Shown here: positions 11,882 to 23,335 of the stretch, piece after piece | How the letters are laid out: the number at the start of each line of letters is the position of its first letter | Numbering within the stretch: the first letter of the stretch is position 1 | Assembly: GCA_965287045.1 (NCBI GenBank) | Contig: OZ336887.1 | Span: 10,788,001-10,852,000, forward strand | Source of the DNA: Carcharhinus amblyrhynchos | Taxonomy: Eukaryota | Direction of reading: 5' to 3' | Length of the DNA stretch: 64,000 nucleotides | Translations under genes and position numbers: made by a program | The notes under the pieces: model-generated | What the model was told of the DNA's origin: nothing | The model's database searches: none | The model's input: only the letters and a program-made list of their open reading frames with translations

Positions 11882-12230
11882 GTTTTTATTCTTTGAAGTG
11901 ATGTGGGTTTTGCTGGCAAGGCTAACATTTGTTGCCCATCCCTGATTACCTTAAACTGGGTGACTTTACAGCCATTTCAGAGGGTAATCAAGAGTCAATC
12001 ACATTGCTGTGCGTCTGGAGCCACATGTAGGGCAGGCTGGGTAAGGGAGGCAGATTTCCTTCCCCAAAGGACATTAATGAATCAGTCATGGTCACCATCA
12101 CTGAGATTAGCTTTCAGATTTATGAATTGTGTTCAAATTCCCACCAGCTGCCATGATGGGATTTTAACCTGTGTCTCCAGAGCATGATCTTGTGTCTCTC
12201 GCCCCATGACATTATCACTAAACTACCATC
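11882..12230 (-). mobile_element. tRNA-derived SINE (family C, LINE-B tail)
   Basis: Reverse complement of core TAATGTCCTTT.GGGAAGGAAATCTGCC and tail GGGATGGGCAA.AAATG. Confidence 0.8.
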
Positions 12231-12569
12231 TGCTCGTCATCAAGCCCGTCAGCACAATGGTAGCATTTTGCCACCAAGTGATAAGGCTGTGGGTTCAAGA
12301 ATCTTAGGTCCTGACTGTATCTCCAAGACACATGCAGAGGTTAGAGTTACGACTGCAAATCTGGAAATGCAGGTTCCCTGAAAGTCCTGCAGTACTTCAC
12401 AGCGGTATTTCTTTTTATTTTAAAGGTAGACTTCCTAATTGTCAGCCAGCCTGATTGATTGCTGGGATGCAACCAAGCTCAGAGCAGGTAGATGTTGTTG
12501 TGTGTGAGGTGAGGGTTGGGGGGGTGGAAAATTGCCCAGGTCTGTCCTATCCATAAAAAGCAGGACAAG

Positions 12570-13860
12570 CCCAATCCTGCCATTTGCCCGACCTCGACAG
12601 TCTACTCTCAATCATCAGCGAAGTGATTGGAAGGAAGGCGCTGTTGACACTACTATTACTCAGAAATAACCTGCTCACTGATGTGCAGTTTGGGTTCCAC
12701 TGGGATCACACACCTCCAGACCTTATTACAAACTTGGTCCAAATATGGAAGAAAGAGCTAAATTCTAAAGATGAGGTGAGAATAACTACCTTTGATTCCA
12801 AGGCTCCATTTGACCCATCAAGCTGTACTAGAAAAATTGAAGTCCATGGATATCAGCGGGAAGACTCTCCACTGGTTGGAGTCAGACCCAGCAGAAAGGA
12901 TGATGGCAGCTAATGATCTGAGGACCTGGGTTCGAATCCTGCCAAGACAGATGGTGGAATTTGAATTCAATGAAAAGTATCTGGAATTAAGAATCTACTG
13001 ATGACCATGAAACCACTGTCAATTGTCAGAAAAACCCATGTGGTTCACTAATGTCCTTTAGGGAAGGAAATCTGCCATCCTTACCTGGTCTGGCTTGCCT
13101 GTGACTACAGATCCACAGAAATGTGGTTGACTCTCAACTGCCCTCTGAACAAGAGAAACTAGGGATGGGCAATAAATGCTGGCCAGCCAGCGATGCCTAT
13201 GTCCCATGAATGTATATAGACAAATGTGGTAGTTGCAAGCCAATCATTTCAACCCCAGGACATCACTGCAGGAGTTCCTCAGGGTAGTATCCTAAACCCA
13301 ACATTATTCAACTATTTCATCAATGACTGTCCCTCCATCAGAAGATCAGAAATGAGGATGGTCACTGATGTTGCACAGGTATCAGTACCATTTATAATTC
13401 CTCAGACACTGAAGCAATCCATGTCTACATACAGTCAGGGCAGGACATTCAGGCTTGGGTTGACAAGTTGCAAGTGATATTTGTACCTCACAGTTGACCA
13501 TCTCCAGTAAGACAGAGTCAAGAGACCACTCCTTCAATAGCATTACCATTGCCAAATCCCCTATCATGAACATTGATTAAAAATAAGCCATATAAGTACT
13601 GCAGCTACAAGAGCAGGTCGGAGGCTGGGAATTCTGAGATGAATAACTTACTTCCAGATTCCCCAAAGCCTGTCCATCTGCAAGTCACAAGTCAAGGGTG
13701 CGATGGAATACTCTCTTGAATAATCTCTTGCCTGGATGAGTGCAGCTCCAACAACTCAAGAAGCTCAACACCATCCAGGACAAAGCAGCCTGCTTGATTG
13801 GCACCCCATTCATCATTTTAAATGTTCACTCCCCCACCACCGACACACAGTGGCAGTAGA
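12570..13860 (+). mobile_element. CR1-group LINE family B RT region, interrupted by SINE C
   Basis: NNLLTDVQFGF..WKKELNSKDEVRITTFD, then GVPQGSILNPTLFNYFIND. Confidence 0.85.
12908..13212 (+). mobile_element. SINE family C
   Basis: B box GGTTCGAATCC, core, tail ACTAGGGATGGGCAATAAATGCTGGCCAGCCAGCGATGCC..GTCCCATGAATG. Confidence 0.9.
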
Positions 13861-14964
13861 TTGACTTGGAATCTCCAGGACTTAAATCTCAGGATGTCCC
13901 TGTGTGCCACCCTGGAGAAAAATCATGGGGACAAATATATTTCTTTCTTAATTTTCTTTGAACTTTTTACCAGCTATAAAATATTGAAAACGGGAGAAAG
14001 GGGTTGTAGTTGGTTGATAGTCAAGAAGCATCCAATTGCCGAATGAGTCTTTTTGCTTTCTGATTGGTGTAGGAAGGTAGGATGCCACAAAGACGGATGT
14101 GTTGGCTGAATAATGGGTGGATTGTGGGGGTGAGTGATGAATCCTGCAGGAATGGATTTAACCACAGATGGCAAGACAAGGTTCCTGCATAGCAAATAAA
14201 AATAAATTTATCAAAAGGAAAAGATAGAATTAACTTTAAGATAGACTTTTACAGCTTTACATGGTTGCTTAGGCCAGAGAAATGTAATTCCTTCAAGTCT
14301 TTTGTTGGCAGTTTCTTCTGGAACTGTGCCTCAGATGATTGCAGTACCTGTCTCTTGAACACTCCACCTTTAACCTCCAGTTTATTACCATTACCTCATC
14401 TCCAATCGCATCTGTTGTAATTTACTGATTGGTCAGTTTCAATGTTGAATTATTTTCATTCGATTCCAGGCACCCACCTACGTTGTCCCATTAGAGAAGG
14501 CAGTGGGACTGTTAACAGCGTCTCTCTGACTGCTTTCGTACAAGTCTCTATACACGAGCCAACTGTTGGTTTACAAGGACAAGGTGGTTCCAAACCAGCA
14601 CAGTTTCTGACTGTGGAATATTATTTCCTACATCCGCTGATGAAATCCTACTCATTAGTACTTTTAAAACAAGCTTGAATATAACCCCGCAAGCACACAA
14701 TAATTAATTAATTCTTCATCCAAAGCTTAATTGAACACATTACTTAGGCAGTCAACTGTTGCTGGTTGGTTACTAATTATTCAGTGATTCTTGATTAGTA
14801 CGTTTGAGTAATTGTTCAAGGCAGAAAATAAAATGGTTTATTTGGCCCAATATGTCAGTACAAAATGGCTGCTTGATCTTGTTAATTTACGACAATGAAT
14901 AAAATGTGAAAATAGCCTAAAATTGGTCAAGTTAATCTAAAAATCTACTGTTCAGGCCTAATTA

Positions 14965-15140
14965 TATCTGTCATTGGGTCAAAATCCTGAAACTCACTCC
15001 CTAACAGCACTGTGGGTGCACTTACACCACATGGACTGCAGCAGCTCAAGAAGACAGCTCACCACTACCTTCTCGAGGGGAATTATGCAGTCCTAGCCAG
15101 CAAAGCCCACATGCCATGAATGGATTATATAAAAAAATTC
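14965..15140 (+). mobile_element. LINE family B 3' end
   Basis: GGGTCAAAATCCTG.AACTC..CTCAAGAAGACAGCTCACCACTACCTTCTC..GCCCACATGCCATGAA. Confidence 0.75.
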
Positions 15141-15401
15141 TTGTACCAAGCCCACCTGTTGAGGATTGAAATAACTCATTTGACTTTGTGTTTTCTAACT
15201 CAATTTTGAGTGAGATTCCCTGTTCCTCCCCTGTAGCCATTAATAACTATTTTAAGTATCAGATTTATTATTTTATTGAATTATTAGCTAAGAATCTGTG
15301 ATGTTACCCATGGTAGATTTAAGGGGACAAAATTTGATTGCCTCCAAAGCCAGGACACCCAAAACTGGAAAATCTCATCCAAGGTCAGTGGATCCTAGCA
15401 T

Positions 15402-17728
15402 GGTCTTGCGGTGAAGGATCCTCTTGGAGAGAGTGATCATTGTATGGTGGAGTTTCTGTTGCAGATGGAGGAGGAGAAAGTGGGTTCCCGGACACGCGTC
15501 CTTTGTTTGAATAGAGGGGAGTATGGTAGGATGAGAGAAGAATTGGTGAATGTGGACTGGGGGAGCGCGTTGGAAGGTAGGTCTGCTGAGGAGCAGTGGA
15601 GGATCTTTAAGGAGATCTTTCTTGGTGCTCAGCAGAAATTTATTCCGATGGTTAAAAAGGACAGTAGGAAGAGAGGTAATAAGCCGTGGATAACGAAGGA
15701 GGTGAAGGAAAGTGTTAAATTAAAAGCGGAGGAATTTAGAGTAGCTAAGAGCAGTGGGCGAGAAGAGGATTGGGAAAGGTTTAAATGTCAACAAAGATTG
15801 ACAAAAAAGTTGATAAAGGAGGGTAGAAGGAGCTATGAAGCTGGGCTAGCGCTTAATATAAAAAAGGATAGCAAGAGTTTTTATAAATATATAAAAAGGA
15901 AGAGGCTGGCTAGGGTGAACGTTGGTCCCTTAGAGGATGAGAAAGGGGACCTAGTGGTAGGGGATGGGGATATGGCTAAGGTCTTGAATAACTTTTTTGT
16001 TTCTGTCTTCACGGAGGAGGACGTGAATAATTTGCCGGGTGTCAGCGATGGAAAGGTGGTAGGACTGGAGGGTCTTAATGACATTACTGTTACTAGAGAG
16101 GTGGTGCGCGACAGACTGGAGGGGCTGATTGTGGACAAGTCCCCAGGACCGGATGGAATGCATCCGAGGGTTCTGAAAGAAATGGCGGAGGTTATAGTGG
16201 ATGCCTTGGTGGTTATTTTCCAGACGTCGCTGGATTCCGGGGAAGTGCCGGAAGATTGGAAAACGGCTAATGTTACGCCGTTGTTTAAGAAGGGTGCCAG
16301 GCAAAAGGCGGGGAATTATAGGCCGGTTAGTTTAACGTCTGTGGTAGGTAAAATGTTAGAATCCGTCATTAAGGAGGAAATTGCGAGGCATCTTGAAGGG
16401 AATTGCTTGATAGGGCAGACGCAACACGGTTTCATTAAAGGGAAGTCGTGTCTGACAAATTTACTGGAGTTCTATGAGGATGTGTCTAGGGCGGTGGATA
16501 GAGGAGAGCCGGTGGATGTGGTCTTTCTGGATTTTCAGAAGGCGTTTGATAAGGTACCTCACAAGAGGTTACTGCAGAAGGTCAGAGGACATGGAGTTGG
16601 GGGTAGGGTGTTAGCGTGGATAGAGGATTGGTTGTCAAATAGGAGGCAGAGAGTGGGGGTCAACGGGTGCTATTCGGATTGGCGGTTGGTGACTAGTGGG
16701 GTGCCCCAGGGGTCGGTGCTGGGGCCTCAGCTATTTACCATTTATATAGATGATCTGGAGGAGGGAACCGAGTGTAGGGTGTCGAAATTTGCTGATGACA
16801 CCAAGATTGGGGGAAAGGCAAATTGTGCGGAGGGTGTGGAGAGTCTGCAGAAGGATCTGGATAGGCTGGGCGAATGGGCCAGGAAATGGCAAATGGAATT
16901 TAATGTTGGCAAGTGTGAGGTGGTCCACTTTGGTAGGAAGAATGGTAGGAAGGACTATTACATACGGGGCGAAAAACTGCAGCAGGCGACGGTGCAGAGG
17001 GACCTCGGGGTCCTTGTGCAAGAGTCGCAAAAACCCAGCCTGCAGGTGCAGCAGGTGGTCAGGAAGGCGAATGGGATGCTGGCCTTCATAGCGAGGGGGA
17101 TTGAATATAAAAGTAGGGAGGTCTTGCTGCAGCTGTATAGGGCATTGGTGAGGCCGCAGCTGGAGTACTGTGTGCAGTTTTGGGCGCCGCACCTGCGCAA
17201 GGATATTTTGGCCTTGGAGGGAGTGCAGAGGAGGTTTACTAGGCTGATACCGGAGTTGAGGGGGTTGAGCTATGAGGAGAGGCTGAATAAACTAGGCTTG
17301 TACTCGTTAGAGTTTAGAAGAATGAGGGGAGATCTCATTGAGACGTATAAGATGATGAATGGGATGGATAGGATAGAGGTGGAGAGACTCTTCCCGCTCA
17401 AAAAAGACAGTAGGACTAGGGGGCACAGCCTCAAGATAAAGGGGGGGCGGTTTAGAACGGAGTTGAGGAGGAACTTCTTCACTCAAAGGGTGGTGAATAT
17501 CTGGAATTCTCTGCCCGTTGAAGTGGTGGAGGCTGCCTCGCTAAATATTTTTAAGAAGCGGGTTGATGGGTTTTTGATAAGAGAGGGGATTAAGGGTTAT
17601 GGGGAGAGGGCGGGAAAGTGGAACTGAGCCACGACAGATCAGCCATGATCTTATTGAATGGCGGGGCAGGCTCGAAGGGCCAGATGGCCTACTCCTGCTC
17701 CTATTTCTTATGTTCTTATGTTCTTATG
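15402..17728 (+). mobile_element. Young 5'-truncated CR1 LINE (copy 2), about 2.3 kb
   Basis: Open ORF2 followed by CR1 3' UTR and (TTCTTATG)3 tail. Confidence 0.97.
15411..17627 (+). CDS. CR1 ORF2 reverse transcriptase, N-terminally truncated (only the end of the APE domain retained)
   Basis: 738 uninterrupted codons with PLGESDH, KSPGPDG, NYRPVSLTS, QHGF, FLDFQKAFDKVPH, GVPQGSVLGP, FADD and CR1 C-terminus RRNFFTQRVVN.WNSLP. Confidence 0.95.
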   Translation: MKDPLGESDHCMVEFLLQMEEEKVGSRTRVLCLNRGEYGRMREELVNVDWGSALEGRSAEEQWRIFKEIFLGAQQKFIPMVKKDSRKRGNKPWITKEVKESVKLKAEEFRVAKSSGREEDWERFKCQQRLTKKLIKEGRRSYEAGLALNIKKDSKSFYKYIKRKRLARVNVGPLEDEKGDLVVGDGDMAKVLNNFFVSVFTEEDVNNLPGVSDGKVVGLEGLNDITVTREVVRDRLEGLIVDKSPGPDGMHPRVLKEMAEVIVDALVVIFQTSLDSGEVPEDWKTANVTPLFKKGARQKAGNYRPVSLTSVVGKMLESVIKEEIARHLEGNCLIGQTQHGFIKGKSCLTNLLEFYEDVSRAVDRGEPVDVVFLDFQKAFDKVPHKRLLQKVRGHGVGGRVLAWIEDWLSNRRQRVGVNGCYSDWRLVTSGVPQGSVLGPQLFTIYIDDLEEGTECRVSKFADDTKIGGKANCAEGVESLQKDLDRLGEWARKWQMEFNVGKCEVVHFGRKNGRKDYYIRGEKLQQATVQRDLGVLVQESQKPSLQVQQVVRKANGMLAFIARGIEYKSREVLLQLYRALVRPQLEYCVQFWAPHLRKDILALEGVQRRFTRLIPELRGLSYEERLNKLGLYSLEFRRMRGDLIETYKMMNGMDRIEVERLFPLKKDSRTRGHSLKIKGGRFRTELRRNFFTQRVVNIWNSLPVEVVEAASLNIFKKRVDGFLIREGIKGYGERAGKWN

Positions 17729-18250
17729 TCTGCCCCTCCTGCCAGTCCCCGCTACGATTCTCATAGTGGGGGACAGGAAAATTCTCCCCCCTGTCTAGAC
17801 AAGGCATTCCCACCCAACCCCTTCCAAGTGAAGGACATCCCAGAGGACCAAAAATAAATTATACTCTTGTTTGACCAGGATGATGATAGCCATGTGCAAG
17901 AAGCCTACCTCTGAATAGTGGATCTTGCCTCCACTACTCTCGAGCCTCTATAGTGTAGTGGTGGATAGTCTGTATTCCAGGAGCCACATGCAGCCAATTT
18001 GCCCATGCACAGGGTTGTCACATTCACTGATTTCTATTTGCATAGTTCTTTTTGATATGACTGAAGTGATTTGCACATAAAGCAAGGGCAAGTGAAGTGA
18101 GGTTTGTGCTGATTGCTCACAACATGGACAGTGAGAGCCATGTACTTCCTCTGTGTCTGAAGTGTAAATATTTCTTTTGTTTTTAACATTTGAAGTTGAT
18201 TGTTCTATTAATATATAAATGATTACGTGTTTTTTATAACTCATTTGCCA

Positions 18251-19207
18251 AGGAGGGAACCGAGTGTATGGTGTCGAAATTTGCTGATGACACCAAGATT
18301 GGTGGAACGGCAAATTGTGCGGAGGGTGTGGAGAGTCTGCAGAAGGATCTAGATAGGCTGGGCGAATGGGCCAGGAAATGGCAAATGGAATTTAATGTTG
18401 GCAAGTGCGAGGTGGTCCACTTTGGTAGGAAGGATTATTACTTACGTGGCGAAAAACTGCAGCAGGCGACGGTGCAGAGGGACCTCGGGGTCCTTGTGCA
18501 TGAGTCGCAAAAACCCAGCTTGCAGGTGCAGCAGGTGGTCAGGAAGGCAAATGGGATGCTGGCGTTCATAGCGAGGGGGATTGAATATAAAAGTAGGGAG
18601 GTCTTGCTGCGGCTGTATAGGGCATTGGTGAGGCCGCAGCTGGAGTACTGTGTGCAGTTTTGGGCGCCGTACTTACGCAAGGATATTTTGGCCTTGGAGG
18701 GAGTGCAGAGGAGGTTTACTAGGCTGATGCCGGAGTTGAGGGGGTTGAGCTATGAGGAGAGGCTGAATAAACTAGGCTTGTACTCGTTAGAGTTTAGAAG
18801 AATGAGGGGAGATCTCATTGAGACGTACAAGATGATGAATGGGATGGATAGGATAGAGGTGGAGAGACTCTTCCCGCTCAGAAAGGACAGTAGAACTAGG
18901 GGGCACAGCCTCATGATAAAGGGGGGGCGGTTTAGAACGGAGTTGAGGAAGAACTTCTTCACTCAAAGGGTGGTGAATCTCTGGAATTCTCTGCCTGTTG
19001 AAGTGGTGGAGGCTACCTCGCTAAATATTTTTAAGAAGTGGGTTGATGGGTTTTTGATAAGAGAGGGGGTTAAAGGTTATGGGGAGAGGGCGGGAAAGTG
19101 GAACTGAGCCACGACAGATCAGCCGTGATCTTATTGAATGGCGGGGCAGGCTCGAAGGGCTAGATGGCCTACTCCTGCTCCTATTTCTTAAGTTCTTATG
19201 TTCTTAT
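18251..19207 (+). mobile_element. Young CR1 LINE (copy 3), 279-codon open RT C-terminus
   Basis: Near-identical to 16760-17728 with a 12-bp deletion; TTCTTATG tail. Confidence 0.97.
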
Positions 19208-19649
19208 ATTACATCTATTTAGTGTTACCCATGGGATCATGGTTAGTGAACAAGCCTGATTTCAATCTTGACATGAGTTGCTCATCAGGGTAAGTTTAAT
19301 GTTCAGGAATGGGATACCAATGACAGCAATAGGCATTCCTATGGTCAGCTATATCTCTATCTGGAGGTAAGAGGGCAAACTCCACATGGCAGTGGGTACT
19401 ATAAAGATTGGTGCTAGGTCCACAGCCATTCACAACCTTCATAAATGATTTGGACATGGGGACCAATTGTAATATTTCCAAATTTGCTGTAACCAGGTGG
19501 GAATATAATTTGGGAGAAGAATGCAAGGACACTTGGGCAGGCTAAATGAATGGGCTAGAACATGGCAGATAGAATGTAATGTGAATAAGTGTGAGGTTAT
19601 TCACTTTGATGGCAAAATCAGAAAGACAGAAAGACCTTTTTCTTAAAAG

Positions 19650-19986
19650 GACCTGGGTCGGACCTCCGACTTGGGTCGGTGTCTGTGGGAGTTTGCACAT
19701 TCTCCCCGTGCTTGCGTGGGTTTTCTCCAGGTGCTACGGTTTCCTCCCACACCCCAAAAATGTGCTTTTAGGCTGATTGGTGTTAACAAATTGTCCCCAA
19801 ATTAGACCTCCCTTAATCTGGCACATATATAATTCTCTAAATTTGCACACCTTTATTGTGGAGCAGACAAAAGTCATAGACAGAAGAAGGATTGGAATGA
19901 GGCTCTCACTGAATGTTAAAATGGCGGTGCGGGCTTGTGGGGCCGAAGGGCCTGTTTCCTGTGCTGTGATGTTCTTTGTTCTTTGT
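19650..19986 (+). mobile_element. V-SINE, tail type C ending (TTCTTTG)n
   Basis: V core, then GGGCCGAAGGGCCTGTTTCCTGTGCTGTGATGTTCTTTGTTCTTTGT; the same tail occurs on the minus strand at about 35195-35290. Confidence 0.7.
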
Positions 19987-20127
19987 GAGAGGTTGGGAAG
20001 TGCAGCTGTCCAAGGGGCCCTGGGATGTCCTTGTTAATGAGTCATGAAAAGCTAGCATGCAGGTGCAGCCAGCTATTAGGGAGGCAAATGGTTTGTTATT
20101 CTTCATCATGAGGGGATTTGAATACAA

Positions 20128-20535
20128 TCATAGAGTCATAGAGATTTACAGCATGGAAACAGGCCCTTTGGCCCAACTTGTCCATGCTGCCCTTTTTTTT
20201 TAACCACTAAGCCAATCCCAATTGCCTGTGTTTGGCTCATATCAGCTCTACTGATTTTACCCTTGTAACTGTCTGTATGATTTTAAAGGACAAAATTGTA
20301 CCCACTTCTAGTACTACCTCTGGCAGCTTGTTCCAGACACTCACCACCCTCTGTGTGAGAAAAATTGCCCCTCTGGACTCTTTTGTATCTCTCCCCTCTC
20401 ACCTTAAACCTATACCCTCTAGTTTTAGACACCCCTACCTTTGGGAAAAGATATTGACTATCTAGCTGATCTATGCCCCTCATTATTTTATAAGAGCACC
20501 CCTCAGCCTCCTACACTCTGGGGAGTAAAGCCCCA
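20128..20535 (-). mobile_element. HER1-like CR1 LINE 3' end
   Basis: Reverse complement of 40890-41293, including (CTATGACT)n tail. Confidence 0.9.
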
Positions 20536-21938
20536 GTACACAGGAATAAGGATATCTTGCTGCAGTTATATAGAGACCTCACCTGGAGTACTTCGTGCAG
20601 TTTTGGTCCCCTTATCTAAGGAAGGCTATACTTGCCATTAAAGGAGTGCAATGGAGGCTCCCAAGATAAAAATGAGCAGTGACCTCATTCAAACTTATTA
20701 AATTCTTAAACATGCGACAGGTTGGAAGTGGACAAGATGTTTCTGCTGGATGGTGAATCTAACACCAGGGGAATATAATCTCAGGATAAGGGATAGGCCA
20801 TTTGAGACTGAGATGAGAGGAATTTCTTCACTCAGAGAGTGATGGATCTTTGGAATTCTCTAGCACAGAGGGCTGTGGAAACTCAATCATTGAGCATGTT
20901 CAAGACAGAGATTGATAGATTTCTGAATATGGAGATGGTGCAGGAAAGTGGCACTGAGGGAAATGATCAGCACTATCTAATTGAATGTTGGAGTGTGTGT
21001 GATGGGCTGAATAGCTTACTACTGTTCCTGTGTTTGACTGCATCCACCACCCAGTCCCATGTTTCTCTGATCACTGCTGGAATGATTTTTTTCAATGGGT
21101 TTATTTTTCAGCTTTGCACTCTCCGGCTGGTATCTTCTGCCCCTGCAGGAGGTGAGGTGGGAGGACCTGATGATAATAGGTGGGTGGGTTGTGATGGGAC
21201 TGACCTAATGCCTCCCACCTCCATTAGTAGTAAGTTCTGGGTGCGAAGGCCCCGGTTGACCTTCCTGTCCCACCTTCATTTGAGATCCTTAAGTGATAAA
21301 TTAACGACCACTCAGGTGTCTCTTCTTGCCTCCGCCGCGATCCTCCCAGATCCAGGCCGGCCTTCTGACATGCAGCCTGTAAAGCTGTGTGGGCTGTGTG
21401 TCGACTGGATGGGGAAGTGGATACTCGATCTACACTAAGCTGTGCATGATGGAGGACATAGATGTAGGACAGGGGGTTGGCTGATGACAGCTGCCCCGAC
21501 CCTGCTGCTGAACCCCATGAACCCCTCCCCACTCAACTCCCACTATCAAAATGCCACTCCCCCTCCCCCCAGCACTAACCTTACCCCAGGGTCTCACTGT
21601 GATCCTGAGAATCCGAAGGGTTTATTCCGACAATAACCATAGCCTCCTCCAAGGCGCTGTCGAGTGCGAAACTCTTTGTCATCTGGTTGGCCTGCAGTTT
21701 TTGGCAGGTGGGAAGTCATCTTTTGGGACCTCCAATGCCTTCCTCCTCAGAGCCAGCACGAGGGGGCTTGGCTACCCTCTCAGGCAGTGTGCACAATGCC
21801 CGCCAAAAATGGAACATTCCAACCTTAATGATTCTTTTCCTTTTGCTTAGAAAAGCAATTGTGCTTTTATAATCTGTTCTGTCACAAATATTCTTGCTGG
21901 TAAACTAAAATATTGTGATAGTGTGATTTTGGAACTAT

Positions 21939-22257
21939 GATGTGGAGATGCCGGCATTGGACTGGGGTAAACACAGTAAGAAGTCTTGTAACACCAGATT
22001 AAGGTCCAACCTGGTGGGTTTCCTCTGGGTTCTCCGGTTTCCTCCCACAGTCCAAAGATGTGCAGGTTAGGCTGATTGGCCATGCTAAAATCACCTTTAG
22101 TGTCCTGAGATGTGTAGGTTAGAGGGAATAGAGGGTAAATATGTAGGGATATGGGGTTAGTTCCTGGGTGGGATTGTGGTCAGTGCAGACGTGATGGGCC
22201 GAATGGCCTCTCTCTGTACTGGGGGGCTTCTATGATTCTGGTGTTGTAAGACTTCTT
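21939..22257. mobile_element. Penelope-like pLTR insertion with nested V-SINE (22012-22238)
   Basis: GATGTGGAGATGCCGG..AAGAAGTCTTGTAACACCAG and inverted CTGGTGTTGTAAGACTTCTT; 13-bp TSD ATTTTGGAACTAT (21926-21938, 22258-22270). Confidence 0.8.
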
Positions 22258-22326
22258 ATTTTGGAACTATTCAGCTTGATGAAGATTATTTTCCCAGTAC
22301 CTTGTATTCTGTGGGAGCTAGAGTCA

Positions 22327-22451
22327 TTTGGTACCAAATTGCTTTTATCCATAGTGGTGTTTGCCACCAAATAAACCTGTTGGACTTTAACCTGGTGTTG
22401 TGAGACTTCTCATTGTGCTTTCCCCAATCCAACGCCGGCATCCCCACATCA
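22327..22451 (+). mobile_element. Penelope-like pLTR 3' fragment
   Basis: CCAAATAAACCTGTTGGACTTTAACCTGGTGTTGTGAGACTTCT..CCGGCATCCCCACATCA; 13-bp TSD GGAGCTAGAGTCA (22314-22326, 22452-22464). Confidence 0.8.
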
Positions 22452-22689
22452 GGAGCTAGAGTCAGGCAGTCATGCTGTTGCACTTGTCACCACCAGGGGG
22501 AATCACACAGCTGTAGAAGTCCTATCCGTACTCTTGCACGTGCCTCAGTGTAAACCAAAGGTTTCAGCTGCATCCTTATCCAAGTTTGATTCAAACATTG
22601 GTTGCTTTTATCCATAGTTTCAAAGGCCCACCAGGAAATTCCTTGGCGCTCCCCCCCCCGCTCCAAATAACTTTGCCTTAAATGTGTTG

Positions 22690-23335
22690 GAGATGCTAGC
22701 CTTCATTTGAAACGATTAACCAAGACTATGTCTACACTCTCAGGTTGATGTAAAAGATGGGGCGGGATTTTAAGACCTCGCTTGCACTGACACCATAAAA
22801 TCTTGCCCAAGGTTGACAGACTTTCCCGATTCCTGCGGCAGGTGGGAGACTATCTTGGGAGGTCCCCTGACCAATATTTACATCTCACTCAACGTCACAA
22901 AAGCAGGTAATTTAGTCATATTGCATTGGCAGCACAGTGGCACAGTGCCAGGGACCCGGGTTCAACTCCTGACTTGGGTCATTGTCTGCATGGAGTCTGC
23001 ACATTCTCCCCGTGTCTGTGTGGGTTTCCTCTGAGTTGCCTCCCACAGTCTGAAGGACATGCTAGTTAGGTGCATTGGCCGTGTTAAATTCTCCCTCAGT
23101 GTACCCGAACTGGCTCCGGAGTGTGGCAACTAGGGGATTTTCACAGTAACTTCATCGCAGTGTTAATGTAAGCCTACTTGTGACACTAATAACCTTTAAA
23201 CTGGCTGTTTGTGGGAGCTTCCTGTGTACAAACTGCCACATTTTCTACATTACAATAATGACTACACTTCAAAAATACTTCATTGACTAAAGCACTTTGG
23301 GGCATCCTGAGAAGATATAGAAATGCAAGTCCTTT
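22690..23335 (+). mobile_element. Deu-domain SINE (SacSINE1-like) with nested MITE fragment and V-SINE
   Basis: CTCTCAGGTTGATGTAAAAGAT..CCAATATTTA; resumes GCTGTTTGTGGGAGCTT..ACTACACTTCAAAA..AAATGCAAGTC. Confidence 0.75.
22928..23200 (+). mobile_element. V-SINE, tail type B
   Basis: GGCAGCACAGTGGCACAGTG head through GTAAGCCTACTTGTGACACTAATAA. Confidence 0.9.

Larger units (their letters stand above)
19300..21030 (+). mobile_element. Old CR1 RT plus 3' region with two nested insertions
   Basis: VLGPQPFT.FINDLD..ISKFA at about 19410-19490; continues 19990-20127 and 20535-21030. Confidence 0.8.

Noticed and set aside
15881-17482. Antisense and alternate-frame ORFs over CR1 ORF2
   Set aside because: Shadow ORFs of the RT frame, repeated in every CR1 copy.
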